Positions 27,279 through 36,716 of a stretch of 64,000 nt of DNA are shown in pieces. The notes beneath the pieces were generated by a model. That model saw only the letters and a program-made list of their open reading frames with translations. It ran no database searches and had not been told where the DNA came from. The DNA lies in the NCBI GenBank assembly GCA_016200005.1, contig JACQFP010000006.1, positions 216,929-280,928 on the forward strand, in the 5' to 3' direction. Position 1 is the stretch's first letter; every line of letters starts with the position of its first letter. Source of the DNA: Verrucomicrobiota bacterium. GTDB lineage: Bacteria; Verrucomicrobiota; Verrucomicrobiia; Limisphaerales; PALSA-1396. A program made the translations under genes and the position numbers.

Positions 27279-27737
27279 TCATTTCGCGCCCGGCGTCGTC
27301 CGCAAGGCGAGCATCGGACGGAACGTGCCACGATAGGCCCAAGCAAGGTAAAGTTCCAAAACCAGGACGACAACGCCCGGAGCGATGGTTGCTGGCGCGA
27401 GGAAAATGTGGAACGTGACGATGCCGACGATAATCGGTGCGATGAGGGCCAGCGCCAGCGGCACGAAGCGATTCAATAACAGCAGCACGCCGACGAGCAA
27501 CTGCGTGCCCATTACCAAGCGCATCATATAACCCGTTTTCATCAATGCTCCGGCGAAGGCGGCCGCGCCTTCAGGCATTGGATCCTTCGGTTGCGGAATG
27601 AAGTTCACAAAACCGTTCAACCCAAAAACGAAAAACATCAGGCCCATCAGCACTCGCGCAATGGCCGGAAGATAACGGGTAAAAAACTTTGATTCGCCGG
27701 TTTTGGTTTCGGCCGCCTGTGGTGCGATGTCGGTCAT
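27279..27737 (-). CDS. DoxX family membrane protein
   Basis: 152 aa with four hydrophobic helices and a DoxX-like pattern (ARVLMGLMFFVFGLNGF). Confidence 0.65.
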   Translation of the reverse strand: MTDIAPQAAETKTGESKFFTRYLPAIARVLMGLMFFVFGLNGFVNFIPQPKDPMPEGAAAFAGALMKTGYMMRLVMGTQLLVGVLLLLNRFVPLALALIAPIIVGIVTFHIFLAPATIAPGVVVLVLELYLAWAYRGTFRPMLALRTTPGAK

Positions 27738-27813
27738 TGTTTTTCCTTTCAGTTTTTCGCCAGATGCCTGGCTAGTTGCTCGAATCTTCCCATCCAGCCC
27801 CGTTTCATTCCGT

Positions 27814-27842
27814 CGCGCGGCGCGCCCGAGGCGCGCCGCGCG
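27814..27842. repeat. perfect all-G/C 13-bp hairpin
   Basis: CGCGCGGCGCGCC-cga-GGCGCGCCGCGCG, located between the YciI-family stop and the DoxX start. No U-tract on either strand. Confidence 0.8.
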
Positions 27843-27892
27843 GGATCAACATTCATCTAGGATAAAGTTTCCTGGTCCCGGAGTGAACCTGT

Positions 27893-28297
27893 TCAGGCGT
27901 GGGCAAGTTGCTTCTCGGCTCGAGCTTCCGCAGCGACGGGACATTCGCCCGCCACGGGACGCACTTCCACACGAATGCCATACGCCAAACCGGGACATTG
28001 CTGGGCGATGGCCACGGCCTCATCCAGCGTGTTGACCTTGAGCAGAAAGTAACCGCCGATCGCTTCCTTCGATTCGGCAAAAGGACCGTCGGATAATACG
28101 CGTCCGTTTTTGCCGGAAACAATCCGGCCTTCCGGTTCGAGCGGGTTTCCAGAGACGCATTTGCCTTCGTCCTTGAGTTGGTTGAACCACGCCATCCAGC
28201 GGTCGGCGACCTGTTGTATTTGTTCGGGCGAAAGGCCTTTGTGCCAGTCGGTGCCGCGGAAGATCAGCATGTAGCCATTTTGCGATTGTGTGCTCAT
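27893..28297 (-). CDS. YciI-family (DGPF domain) protein
   Basis: 134 aa. YMLIFRG...SDGPFAESKEAIGGYFLLKVNTLDEAVAIAQQCP is typical of the YCII superfamily. Confidence 0.75.
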   Translation of the reverse strand: MSTQSQNGYMLIFRGTDWHKGLSPEQIQQVADRWMAWFNQLKDEGKCVSGNPLEPEGRIVSGKNGRVLSDGPFAESKEAIGGYFLLKVNTLDEAVAIAQQCPGLAYGIRVEVRPVAGECPVAAEARAEKQLAHA

Positions 28298-28371
28298 AAT
28301 TTTCTTTTTTTGTTGGTTGATTGTTTTGTTTGTTCATTAATCCGACGAACGAACGCGCGTCGTCAGGACAA

Positions 28372-28761
28372 TTATTTTGCCTTTGGATTCATTTCCCAGA
28401 TGGCGAACTCGTTGTTCTCAGTGTCCCGGCAAATGGCGAAGTAACCCATCTGCGGCACGGCGGTCTTGGGTCTGTAGATGCGACCGCCGAGTTTTTCGAC
28501 CCTCGCCATGAACTTGGTCACCGATGGCACCAGAATGTAGTTGGTGATCGTGTGGGCCTGGTGCATGCGCTTCATCAGCCCACCATCTGGCGAAGCATCT
28601 GCACCGCCGGTGTCAATGTGCTGGTAATCCGGCATCCCAGGAAACGGATTGATCTTCCAGCCGAACAGTGTGTTGTAGAACTTCTTCGCGCGCTGGATGT
28701 CGTCGGCCGGGATTTCAAACCAGACGATGTTCGCAGCCGTTCTTTTCTTCGATTTGCTCAT
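28372..28761 (-). CDS. VOC/glyoxalase family protein
   Basis: IVWFEIPADDIQRAKKFYNTLFGW...GYFAICRDTENNEFAIWE. Start at ATG 28761. Confidence 0.75.
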   Translation of the reverse strand: MSKSKKRTAANIVWFEIPADDIQRAKKFYNTLFGWKINPFPGMPDYQHIDTGGADASPDGGLMKRMHQAHTITNYILVPSVTKFMARVEKLGGRIYRPKTAVPQMGYFAICRDTENNEFAIWEMNPKAK

Positions 28762-29011
28762 GTTTTGCCTTTCTATTGATACGTGTTGATTTTGTTCTGT
28801 CCATGATACAACGAATGAGCAGGTGCATTCGAGACAATGTCGCCCAAAAATTTTGACCAGCCAGGCAGTCTCGTCAACTTCTCTTTCTCCGTTTCTTCCT
28901 TTTTGATCCACCAGGGCTTTGTTGCGGAGGCGACAGGAGTTCAGCTTGCGAATAAGACATTGAATCTGTCATTTACGAGCAAGCCGCTTGATGCTACGGT
29001 TCTGCCGCCCC

Positions 29012-29827
29012 ATGACACTCAAACCGACCAGCACAAACGGAAGCGACCGGCGCGGCTTCACGTTGATTGAATTGCTGGTGGTCATTGCCATCATTGCGAT
29101 CCTTGCCGGATTATTGCTGCCCGCTCTGGCCAAGGCAAAATACAGCGGCCAGCGCGCCGCGTGCTTGAACAACATCAAGCAGCAATACCTGAGTCAAATC
29201 ATGTATGCGGACGACGCCAGCGGAAAGTTTCCTTATCACGAGGATCTCAGCCCGGATTACCACCGCACTAGCATCACGGGCAAGCGCAGCATCGTGGATG
29301 CGATGCGCGGCACTTATGTCAAGAACACGCGCATCCTCATCTGCCCCATTACCGCGAACGGCGTCGGCAAGACGTGGTTGAATTATGCCAACCCGGCCAG
29401 TTTCGCGGACAAGACCACTACGGATTACGGCGGATGGGACACCACGGCATCTTACGTTTTCACGCCCTACATGTGGTTTGCGAATTTCACTGCCACTCCC
29501 GCAATGAAATTTCTCAATTCCCAGGGCGCGGTGAGCGCCAATCCCGAGGACAATGAACCTGCGTGGCCGACGAAGACCTCCGAACTGGACAGTCGCCGGG
29601 CGTTCATCACGCATCGCGTCAGCGACACTCCGGGCACCGCTCTGTGGGACCTCGGGCATCTCGGCAGTTTCGGCGGAGGCACGCAAACCAAACCGCTTTG
29701 GTCCTGGGCCCTCACACCGGATCAACCCGTATGTCAAGCTGACGGCAGCGTCATCATCCGTCAAAAGACCCAAATCCGGGCGCGCGCCTTGGGCGGGCCG
29801 AGTCCCGACACGAAGTATTATTATTGA
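29012..29827 (+). CDS. prepilin-type N-terminal cleavage/methylation domain protein
   Basis: [31 protein letters not shown], the classic type IV pilin-like leader as seen in PVC-group DUF1559-like proteins. Confidence 0.85.
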   Translation: MTLKPTSTNGSDRRGFTLIELLVVIAIIAILAGLLLPALAKAKYSGQRAACLNNIKQQYLSQIMYADDASGKFPYHEDLSPDYHRTSITGKRSIVDAMRGTYVKNTRILICPITANGVGKTWLNYANPASFADKTTTDYGGWDTTASYVFTPYMWFANFTATPAMKFLNSQGAVSANPEDNEPAWPTKTSELDSRRAFITHRVSDTPGTALWDLGHLGSFGGGTQTKPLWSWALTPDQPVCQADGSVIIRQKTQIRARALGGPSPDTKYYY

Positions 29828-29841
29828 AACTTTAGCGGGCC

Positions 29842-29911
29842 GTGGCAGCCGACGTGAGTCGGCTCTGACTTTCGGCGAATTCAGATGAAGCGGACTGACG
29901 TCCGCTGCTAC
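29842..29911. repeat. family C palindromic intergenic element
   Basis: GTGGCAGCCGACGTGAGTCGGCT (29842-29864) pairs with AGCGGACTGACGTCCGCTGCTAC (29889-29911) as an imperfect inverted repeat. It shares the GTAGSAGCCGA...TCGGCTSCTAC consensus with 10227, 10400 and 22701. Confidence 0.7.
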
Positions 29912-29967
29912 GAGATGAATAAGCGGCTCATGACTGTTCGTCTGCTCTTCAGGCAACTCTAAATGAT

Positions 29968-31323
29968 ATGAAAACACAAATCCTCCGAACCTCACGGCGC
30001 AGCTTTATCCGCCGCACGACGACGACCGTCGCCACCTTTTCCATCCTGCCGAGCTATGTGCTCGGGCTGCGAGGGCAGACCCCACCCAACAGCAAACTCA
30101 ACCTGGCCTTCATCGGCGTGGGCGGGCGCGGCGGCGACAACCTCAATGAACTCGCCCGGGCGGGGGAGAACGTCGTCGCACTTTGCGACGTTGATTCCCA
30201 GCGCCTCGCCACTGCGGGCAAGAGATTTCCCGACGCAAAACAATTTCAGGATTTCCGCCGCATGTTCGATCAGATAGGCAAGTCAATCGACGCGGTGGCC
30301 GTCTCCACGCCCGACCACACACATGCCGTGGCCGCCATCCGGGCGCTGAAGATGGGCAAACATGTCTATTGTGAAAAGCCGCTGGCCCATTCCATCCACG
30401 AAGTGCGCGCGCTGATGAAGGCCGCCCAAGAGCACAAAGTAGTCACCCAGCTTGGCAATCAAGGACACTCCACCGTTTCCATCCGCGTCTGTTGCGAATG
30501 GATTCGGGACGGCGCCATCGGCAACGTTCACACCATCCACGCCGGTTGCAACGCGGTGAACTCCGGCATCGACCAACTGCCTCAGCTCAAGGAACAACAC
30601 CCCGTCCCTTCGACGCTCGACTGGGACCTCTGGCTGGGGCCGGCGCAGAAACGGCCTTATCATCCGGCTTACCTGCCCGCCGCCTGGCGCGGTTGGGTGC
30701 CGTTCGGCAATGGGACCATAGGAGACTGGACCTGCCACGTCGTCGATCCCGTCTTTTGGGCGCTGGACCTCGGTGCGCCGAAGACGATTCAAGCAAAGGT
30801 GAAGGATTACGATTTCAAAACGCAAGGCGACGCCTATCCCAAAGGCGACAGCATCACGTTTGAATTTCCCGCCAAAGGCAAACGCGGGCCGGTCACTTTG
30901 CACTGGTACAGCGGCACCGAGCGGATTCCGCGTCCGCCGGAATTTGAGGCTGACGACAAGGACATCGACACCGGCGCGGCGGTGATTGGCGACAAAGGCA
31001 CGATGGTCTATGGCTCACACGGCGCCAGCAAGGTGCACCTGATCCCGCAGGCCAAAATGGACGCCTACAAGCGACCGGAGCCGACCATCCCGCGCGCCCG
31101 GGAGCATCATCGGGACTGGTTGGAGGCGATCAAGAACGGCACCAAGGCCGGATCAGATTTCTCTTACGGCGGACCGCTCACAGAAATCGCGTTGCTGGGC
31201 GTCATCGCGATCAAGCTGGCCGGCACGAAGCTCGAGTGGGATGCGACGCGGATGCGCTTCACGAATTCCCGCGAAGCCAATCAATACATCAACCCGCCCT
31301 ATCGGTCGGGTTGGAGTTTGTGA
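29968..31323 (+). CDS. Gfo/Idh/MocA family oxidoreductase with Tat-type signal
   Basis: SRRSFIRRTTTTVATF (twin-arginine), NLAFIGVGGRGG Rossmann motif, EKPLAHS. Confidence 0.85.
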   Translation: MKTQILRTSRRSFIRRTTTTVATFSILPSYVLGLRGQTPPNSKLNLAFIGVGGRGGDNLNELARAGENVVALCDVDSQRLATAGKRFPDAKQFQDFRRMFDQIGKSIDAVAVSTPDHTHAVAAIRALKMGKHVYCEKPLAHSIHEVRALMKAAQEHKVVTQLGNQGHSTVSIRVCCEWIRDGAIGNVHTIHAGCNAVNSGIDQLPQLKEQHPVPSTLDWDLWLGPAQKRPYHPAYLPAAWRGWVPFGNGTIGDWTCHVVDPVFWALDLGAPKTIQAKVKDYDFKTQGDAYPKGDSITFEFPAKGKRGPVTLHWYSGTERIPRPPEFEADDKDIDTGAAVIGDKGTMVYGSHGASKVHLIPQAKMDAYKRPEPTIPRAREHHRDWLEAIKNGTKAGSDFSYGGPLTEIALLGVIAIKLAGTKLEWDATRMRFTNSREANQYINPPYRSGWSL

Positions 31324-31522
31324 ACTTGAACCTCTGAACGCACGAAAATGCGCTTATTGCTCGGCGCGAGCCGATTCAGCAGCGTCCCATCGCCCGCGCC
31401 TAGCCGATGATCATGAGGTCGAAGTGCCGTGTATCGCGGGAGTAGGTCTTGTCGAAATTGACAACCTTACAAGACCAAACCTTTGCTTGGATTTATTGGG
31501 AGGTTGGATAATTTGGCACAGC

Positions 31523-32623
31523 ATGTTCTCGTCATTCAAGAAGCGTCAAACCTCACCCGAACTTACTTTCAAAGCGCGGGTGGAGCGATTCTGGGAGTGG
31601 TATGCAGAGGTCGCTGAAAGATTTTACCGCACGATCGAGAATGGCAAATGTTCTGACCTGGCTGCTGAAGTGAGTAACAATGTCGATGACATTTTGCCGG
31701 GGTTCGCTTGGGTATTCGGACCAGGCGCAGGAGGAGTCGGTCATTCTTTCACCTTGTCTGGTGAAGGCGTGCTACACCGTCAATTGCTCGCCATTCACTG
31801 CGTGAGCCGCGCTCCAAAGCTCAACGGCTGGACGTTTTATCCAGCACGCCAACCTGGTTCGATTGAAGGAGTCCAAATGGAAATCGGGAGGCACAAGTTT
31901 GACCCGATGGAATTCTGGCTCACTCCCACGATCAATAACGAGGCGGAGAAAGTGGATATCACGGTTTGGCATCCCTTGTTCGAGCGCCTCCGTGAAGAAG
32001 GTGAGCGCTTGGGTACTTTGTTCCTGTTCCTTGATGAAGTTCTCGGCGAATTCGGGACGGGCCAGTGGATTGGCGAGATCAAACTCAACGATCCGCGGCT
32101 TTCCGATGCGATCCCTCTGAAGGAGCTTCACGAGTTTATCAAGAAGGTCGAATCTGAGACGGGGTGGAAGAAGTTGCCTCCGGGCCAGGAAGGCGTCGTG
32201 TATAGGTGCGAAGAGCAGCATGATCGGTTCCCTCGCGGCGACGTTGTCGTTGGAAAAACAACCCACATAGAACTCATCAACGAATACCTTGAGGCCAAAG
32301 GAGAACTCCAGGATCCACTCGCAGGCACTGGCGCGGACTACATTTTTGTGTCGTTTGATGTCCATCTCCTGCCGGAAGGAGAACAAAGTGCGGCTCGTGG
32401 GACAATCGAAGATGCCTTGGAAGACGCACTCAAAGCTGCATATAGCGGTCGGTTGCTTGGAGGCGCCCACGGAAGGAAGTCTGCCTACATCGACTTGTTG
32501 ATTTTTGACGGGACGAGCAGTCTCGAAATTGTGCAGCGAGTCCTGCATGAAAAGAAATTGCCTGCAGGAACGGCTATCAACTTTTTCGCTAAGGAGAAGA
32601 CGGCGCAAAGAATTATCCTCTGA
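31523..32623 (+). CDS. hypothetical protein (366 aa)
   Basis: ATG at 31523 (MFSSFKKRQ...). Coding-like composition, no motif recognised. The upstream part of ORF 31241.. overlaps the previous gene and is Arg-rich, so it was rejected. Confidence 0.5.
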   Translation: MFSSFKKRQTSPELTFKARVERFWEWYAEVAERFYRTIENGKCSDLAAEVSNNVDDILPGFAWVFGPGAGGVGHSFTLSGEGVLHRQLLAIHCVSRAPKLNGWTFYPARQPGSIEGVQMEIGRHKFDPMEFWLTPTINNEAEKVDITVWHPLFERLREEGERLGTLFLFLDEVLGEFGTGQWIGEIKLNDPRLSDAIPLKELHEFIKKVESETGWKKLPPGQEGVVYRCEEQHDRFPRGDVVVGKTTHIELINEYLEAKGELQDPLAGTGADYIFVSFDVHLLPEGEQSAARGTIEDALEDALKAAYSGRLLGGAHGRKSAYIDLLIFDGTSSLEIVQRVLHEKKLPAGTAINFFAKEKTAQRIIL

Positions 32624-32708
32624 ATAGGGAAGACACATGGAGCCTTGGAATGTGCTCAACGTTACAGACACGCGCACCAGTGAGCGTCTCCGCAAGGCAC
32701 ATGGTCTG

Positions 32709-32809
32709 AAAGCGGTGCTGAAGCCACCGCACTCCAAACGCTGGCGCGCTTGCCGGGTGTCCTCGAACTTCGCGAAGCGTCTGGACTGCGGCGTGTTCAC
32801 CGCCGCTTT
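32709..32809. repeat. family F palindromic intergenic element
   Basis: AAAGCGGTGCTGAAGCCACCGCACTCCA (32709-32736) and TGGACTGCGGCGTGTTCACCGCCGCTTT (32782-32809) form an imperfect inverted repeat. Confidence 0.7.
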
Positions 32810-32842
32810 TCCCGTATCGTGGCCTTGGTCGCTGTGGGTGAA

Positions 32843-33283
32843 TCAACTCGGCTGCACCTGTTCGCTGAACTTTCTGAAAAACTCGTCCATCATCTTTTTG
32901 GCGGTGGCTTCGATGAGGCGTGAACCAATGGCCGCAATCAACCCGCCCACCTGCGCGTCGGCGTCGCAATGCAGTTCAGTTTGATTTCCTTTTTCCGCAA
33001 GCTTGATCTGTGCGGTGCCCTTGACGAATCCCGGCCCGCCTTTGCCTTCAATGATCAAGGTGAATGACTCCGGCGGTTTCTGTTCCTTGAGCTGTACTTT
33101 GCCGATGTAATTGCCCTTCAGTCCGGCGACGCCGATTTTCAGATGGGCATCGTAACTTTCCGCGCTGGTCTTGACCATTTTTTCACAGCCATCGATGCAG
33201 CGCTGTAAAATGTCGGGGTCGATGAGCGAGGAGAAAACTTTGTCGCGAGACGCGGCGATTTGGTACGTGGCGGTCAATTTCAT
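32843..33283 (-). CDS. CoxG-like SRPBCC family protein
   Basis: MKLTATYQIAASRDKVFSSLIDPDILQRCIDGCE...AQVGGLIAAIGSRLIEATAKKMMDEFF, typical carbon monoxide dehydrogenase subunit G family. Confidence 0.8.
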   Translation of the reverse strand: MKLTATYQIAASRDKVFSSLIDPDILQRCIDGCEKMVKTSAESYDAHLKIGVAGLKGNYIGKVQLKEQKPPESFTLIIEGKGGPGFVKGTAQIKLAEKGNQTELHCDADAQVGGLIAAIGSRLIEATAKKMMDEFFRKFSEQVQPS

Positions 33284-33309
33284 ATTCTTCAAACCTGTTG
33301 CCGAAAGTA

Positions 33310-33388
33310 ACCCACCCCCAGCCCCTCCCAAGAGGGGAGCGGCGCACGGTGGATTGTTCCCCTCCCGGGAGGGGTCAGGGGTGGGTAG
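33310..33388. repeat. family B double-hairpin repeat, copy 2
   Basis: CCCACCCCCAGCCCCTCCCAAGAGGGGAG...TTCCCCTCCCGGGAGGGGTCAGGGGTGGG, between coxG-like and coxM-like genes. Confidence 0.8.
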
Positions 33389-33496
33389 GTTGGCAGCAAG
33401 ATCATGGGAGAGGGTGGCCGAAGGTCGGGTAAGGGGATCGCTATTTTTCTATCCGGAATTCTTTTATGGCAATCACTTCAAAATGTTAGGACCGTA

Positions 33497-34339
33497 TCAA
33501 CGGCTGGCCGCCAGTGCCAGCGCGCGCCGGGTGTTCAGTTGGGCCAGGTGCAGCCGGAAGGCGGACGATGCATGAATGTCATTCAGCGGCTCGACTCCTT
33601 GCGCGGCTTTCCTGGCCGCTTTCTCAATCGTCTCCGTCGTGAGCGTCGCGCCGCGTAACTTGCTCTCGACCGACTTGGCGCGATACGGCTTGGGGGCGAT
33701 GCCCGTCACACCCACACGAACAGTCTTGTTGGTTTTGTCCACGACTGCCGCGACGCCCGCGATGGCAAAGCCGCTGGCTTTCTGCGCGAATTTTACATAC
33801 GCAACGGATTTGGGAGTCAGCGGCACTTGAATTTCAAAAAGAATCTCATTGGGCTGCACCGTGGACTGCATCATCTCGACAAAAAAATTTGCGGCTTTGA
33901 CCATGCGACTGCCATTCGGGCCGGCGAGGTGCAACTCGGCTTCCAGCGCGAGAATCGCCGCGGGCCAGTCCGCGGCTGGATCGGCGTGAACGAGACTGCC
34001 GCCAATGGTGCCCTTGTTGCGCACCTGAACATCACCAATGTGCGCCGCCACTTCGGGCAACAACGGGCATTGGTCGCGCAGCAACGACGACGATTCGAGT
34101 TCATAGTGCGTGGTCATCGCCCCGATGGCGATCTTCCCGTCCTGTTCGCGAATGTAGTTGAGGTCAGCAATTCGGCTGATATCGATGACCGTCTTTGGTT
34201 GCGCTAGTCGCAGTTTCATCGCTGGAATCAAACTGTGACCTCCGGCCAACACTTTCGCGTCTTCACCGTGCTGGGCCAGCAAGCCGACCGCTTCGTCGAG
34301 CGTCCCGGGTCGCAAGTAATCGAAGGCTGCGGGAATCAT
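33497..34339 (-). CDS. molybdo-hydroxylase FAD-binding medium subunit (CoxM/XdhB-like)
   Basis: FDYLRPGTLDEAVGLLAQHGEDAKVLAGGHSLIPAMKLR, the FAD_binding_5 type N-terminus. Confidence 0.85.
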   Translation of the reverse strand: MIPAAFDYLRPGTLDEAVGLLAQHGEDAKVLAGGHSLIPAMKLRLAQPKTVIDISRIADLNYIREQDGKIAIGAMTTHYELESSSLLRDQCPLLPEVAAHIGDVQVRNKGTIGGSLVHADPAADWPAAILALEAELHLAGPNGSRMVKAANFFVEMMQSTVQPNEILFEIQVPLTPKSVAYVKFAQKASGFAIAGVAAVVDKTNKTVRVGVTGIAPKPYRAKSVESKLRGATLTTETIEKAARKAAQGVEPLNDIHASSAFRLHLAQLNTRRALALAASR

Positions 34340-34373
34340 GGTGCGGAGTTACAGGGTTGCATGGTTACTTGGG

Positions 34374-36716
34374 TTACAAAGGGAGAGACGCTGATGAAAT
34401 CGCGTTCCATACTTTTTCCGGCGTCAGCGGCAGATCGAGATGCCGGACGCCGAGCGGCGAAAGCGCGTCGATGACGGCGTTGGCAATCGCCGGAGTCGCG
34501 CCGATGGTGCCAGCTTCGCCCACGCCTTTGATGCCCATCGGATTGCTCGGCGACGGCGTGACGGTGCTGCCCATCAGGTATTCCGGGATGTCGCGGGCGC
34601 GCGGCATGGCGTAGTCCATGAATTCGCCGGTGAGTAACTGGCCATTCTCGTCATAGACCGTGCGCTCGAACAAAACCTGGCCCAGCGAATGAGCAATACC
34701 GCCCTGCACCTGCCCTTCAACCAGCAATGGATTCACCTGCGGGCCGCAATCGTCCACCGTCACGTACTTCACAATCTTCACCTCACCGGTGTCGCGTTCC
34801 ACTTCAACAGCGACAATGTGCGTGCCAAAAGGAAAAGTGCAATTTGGCGGCTCGAAGAAACTGGATGCTTCAAGGCCAGGCTCGAAATTTTTCGGCAGAT
34901 TTTTCGCAACGTAAGCTTCAGCCGCCAGTTGCGCCCACGTCAGCGCTTTCTTGGGTCTGCCCTTCACAAAGAATTTCCCGTCGCGAAATTCAACTCGTTT
35001 CGCTGAAGCACCGAGCAGATGCGCAGCAAGAATTTTCGCCTTGGCGATGATCTTGTCGATGCACATGACGATGGCCGTCCCGCCCACGACCGTTGCGCGG
35101 CTGCCGTAAGTGTCGCGACCATAATGAGCCACAGCCGTGTCGCCACGCATGACGACGACGTCTTCGATGAGCACGCCGAGTTTGTCCGCGGCGATTTGAG
35201 CGAAGCTGGTTTCCTGTCCCTGTCCGTGCGGCGAGACGCCCGTGATGACGGTGACCTTGCCGGAAATCTCCATGCGCACGCAGCCCCATTCCCAACCGCC
35301 CGCGGCCATCATCTTCGACGGTCCGAGCGCGCAGATTTCGACATACGTGGAAAGGCCGACGCCAAAAAGTTTGCCGGCTTTGCGCGCCGTCTCGCGTTGC
35401 TTGAGCAGCTTGTCCCAGTTGGCCATCTTCTGCGCCTTCCGCAGCGCGCCCTGGTAATTGCCGCTGTCGTAGGTCAGACCGGTGGCGGTGTTGAAAGGAA
35501 ACTCGCTTGGCTTCGGAAAATTCTTCAGCCGCACCTTCACGGGGTCGAGACCAAGTTCATCGGCGATGATGTCCATGAGCCGTTCGACGAGGTAGGTCGC
35601 CTCCGGTCGGCCCGCGCCGCGATACGCGTCGGTGGCCATCTTGTGCGTGTAAACCCCGGTCACATCCATGCGCGCCGCCTTGAGTTTGTAACAACCGGCG
35701 AGCATCAGACCCGTCAACGTCGGAATGGCGGGCGTCAGCAGTTGCAAATACGAGCCGAGGTCGGCGATGGTGCGGGCTTTGATGGCGAGCAAGGTGCCAT
35801 CTTTTTTCACCGCCACTTCGTAATCGCCAATCTGGTCGCGGCCATGAATCGTGGCCGAGGCGTTTTCGCGGCGGCTTTCAATCCACTTGATCGGCGCACG
35901 GAGTCTCATGGCGAGGTGCGAGCAAAGCGCTTCTTCGGCGTATAGGTTTAGTTTCGAGCCAAACCCGCCGCCCACTTCTGGTGCAACGATGCGGATTTTA
36001 TTTTCCGCCACACCGATCATGCCGGGCAAGAGCGTGCGCACCAGATGCGGAATCTGCGTGGAAGTCCAGAGCGTGAGCGTGCCTTCGCCGGCGTGAAATG
36101 ACGCAACGCAGCCGCGCGGCTCGATGGCCATCGGCGTGAGCCGCTGATGAACCATCCGCTGTTTGATGACGCGATCGGCCTGCTTGAACGCGGCGTCAAG
36201 ATCGCCATTGGCCAGCGACCAGGTAAAGGCGACGTTGTTGCCGAATTCCGGATGCGTGAGCGGCGAATCTTTCGCGAGTGCTTTTTCGGGATCGCTGACC
36301 ACCGGCAACGGATCGTAGTCAACGTCGATCAAATCCAGCGCGTCGCAGGCCGCGTAACGATCGGCCGCGATCACCACGGCCACCGGATGTCCGACGAAAT
36401 AAACGCGGTCGCCAGCCAGCACGGTGTGTTTCGGCGCTTTCAAGTCAGGAAACGTGGAAGAGCACGGCACGACACCGCATTTGTCATTCACGTCGGCACC
36501 AGTGAATACGCCAACGACACCTGGGAGGGCTTTCGCGCCATCGGTCTTGATCCGGTTGATCATGGCGTGGGCGTACGGGCTGCGCAGAATGGCGGCGTGC
36601 AGCAGGCCTGACATTTTGAGGTCGTCCACATAGGTGGCGATGCCCTTGATGAGGCGCGGGTCTTCGACACGCTTCATCGCGCGACCGAAGTAGCCGTTGG
36701 ATTTCGCCGCTTTCAT
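34374..36716 (-). CDS. molybdopterin-binding large subunit (form II CoxL-like / xanthine dehydrogenase family)
   Basis: Start at ATG 36716 (MKAAKSNGYFGRAMKRVEDPRLIKG). Active-site loop AYRGAGR (form II type, not the AYxCSFR of bona fide CO dehydrogenases). Confidence 0.85.
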   Translation of the reverse strand: MKAAKSNGYFGRAMKRVEDPRLIKGIATYVDDLKMSGLLHAAILRSPYAHAMINRIKTDGAKALPGVVGVFTGADVNDKCGVVPCSSTFPDLKAPKHTVLAGDRVYFVGHPVAVVIAADRYAACDALDLIDVDYDPLPVVSDPEKALAKDSPLTHPEFGNNVAFTWSLANGDLDAAFKQADRVIKQRMVHQRLTPMAIEPRGCVASFHAGEGTLTLWTSTQIPHLVRTLLPGMIGVAENKIRIVAPEVGGGFGSKLNLYAEEALCSHLAMRLRAPIKWIESRRENASATIHGRDQIGDYEVAVKKDGTLLAIKARTIADLGSYLQLLTPAIPTLTGLMLAGCYKLKAARMDVTGVYTHKMATDAYRGAGRPEATYLVERLMDIIADELGLDPVKVRLKNFPKPSEFPFNTATGLTYDSGNYQGALRKAQKMANWDKLLKQRETARKAGKLFGVGLSTYVEICALGPSKMMAAGGWEWGCVRMEISGKVTVITGVSPHGQGQETSFAQIAADKLGVLIEDVVVMRGDTAVAHYGRDTYGSRATVVGGTAIVMCIDKIIAKAKILAAHLLGASAKRVEFRDGKFFVKGRPKKALTWAQLAAEAYVAKNLPKNFEPGLEASSFFEPPNCTFPFGTHIVAVEVERDTGEVKIVKYVTVDDCGPQVNPLLVEGQVQGGIAHSLGQVLFERTVYDENGQLLTGEFMDYAMPRARDIPEYLMGSTVTPSPSNPMGIKGVGEAGTIGATPAIANAVIDALSPLGVRHLDLPLTPEKVWNAISSASLPL

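Noticed and set aside
31772-32800. 342-aa minus-strand ORF
   Set aside because: It is antisense to the 31523..32623 ORF, and its 5' part is made of family F repeat sequence. It has no start context or motif. The call is less certain than the others because the plus-strand gene is itself only hypothetical.
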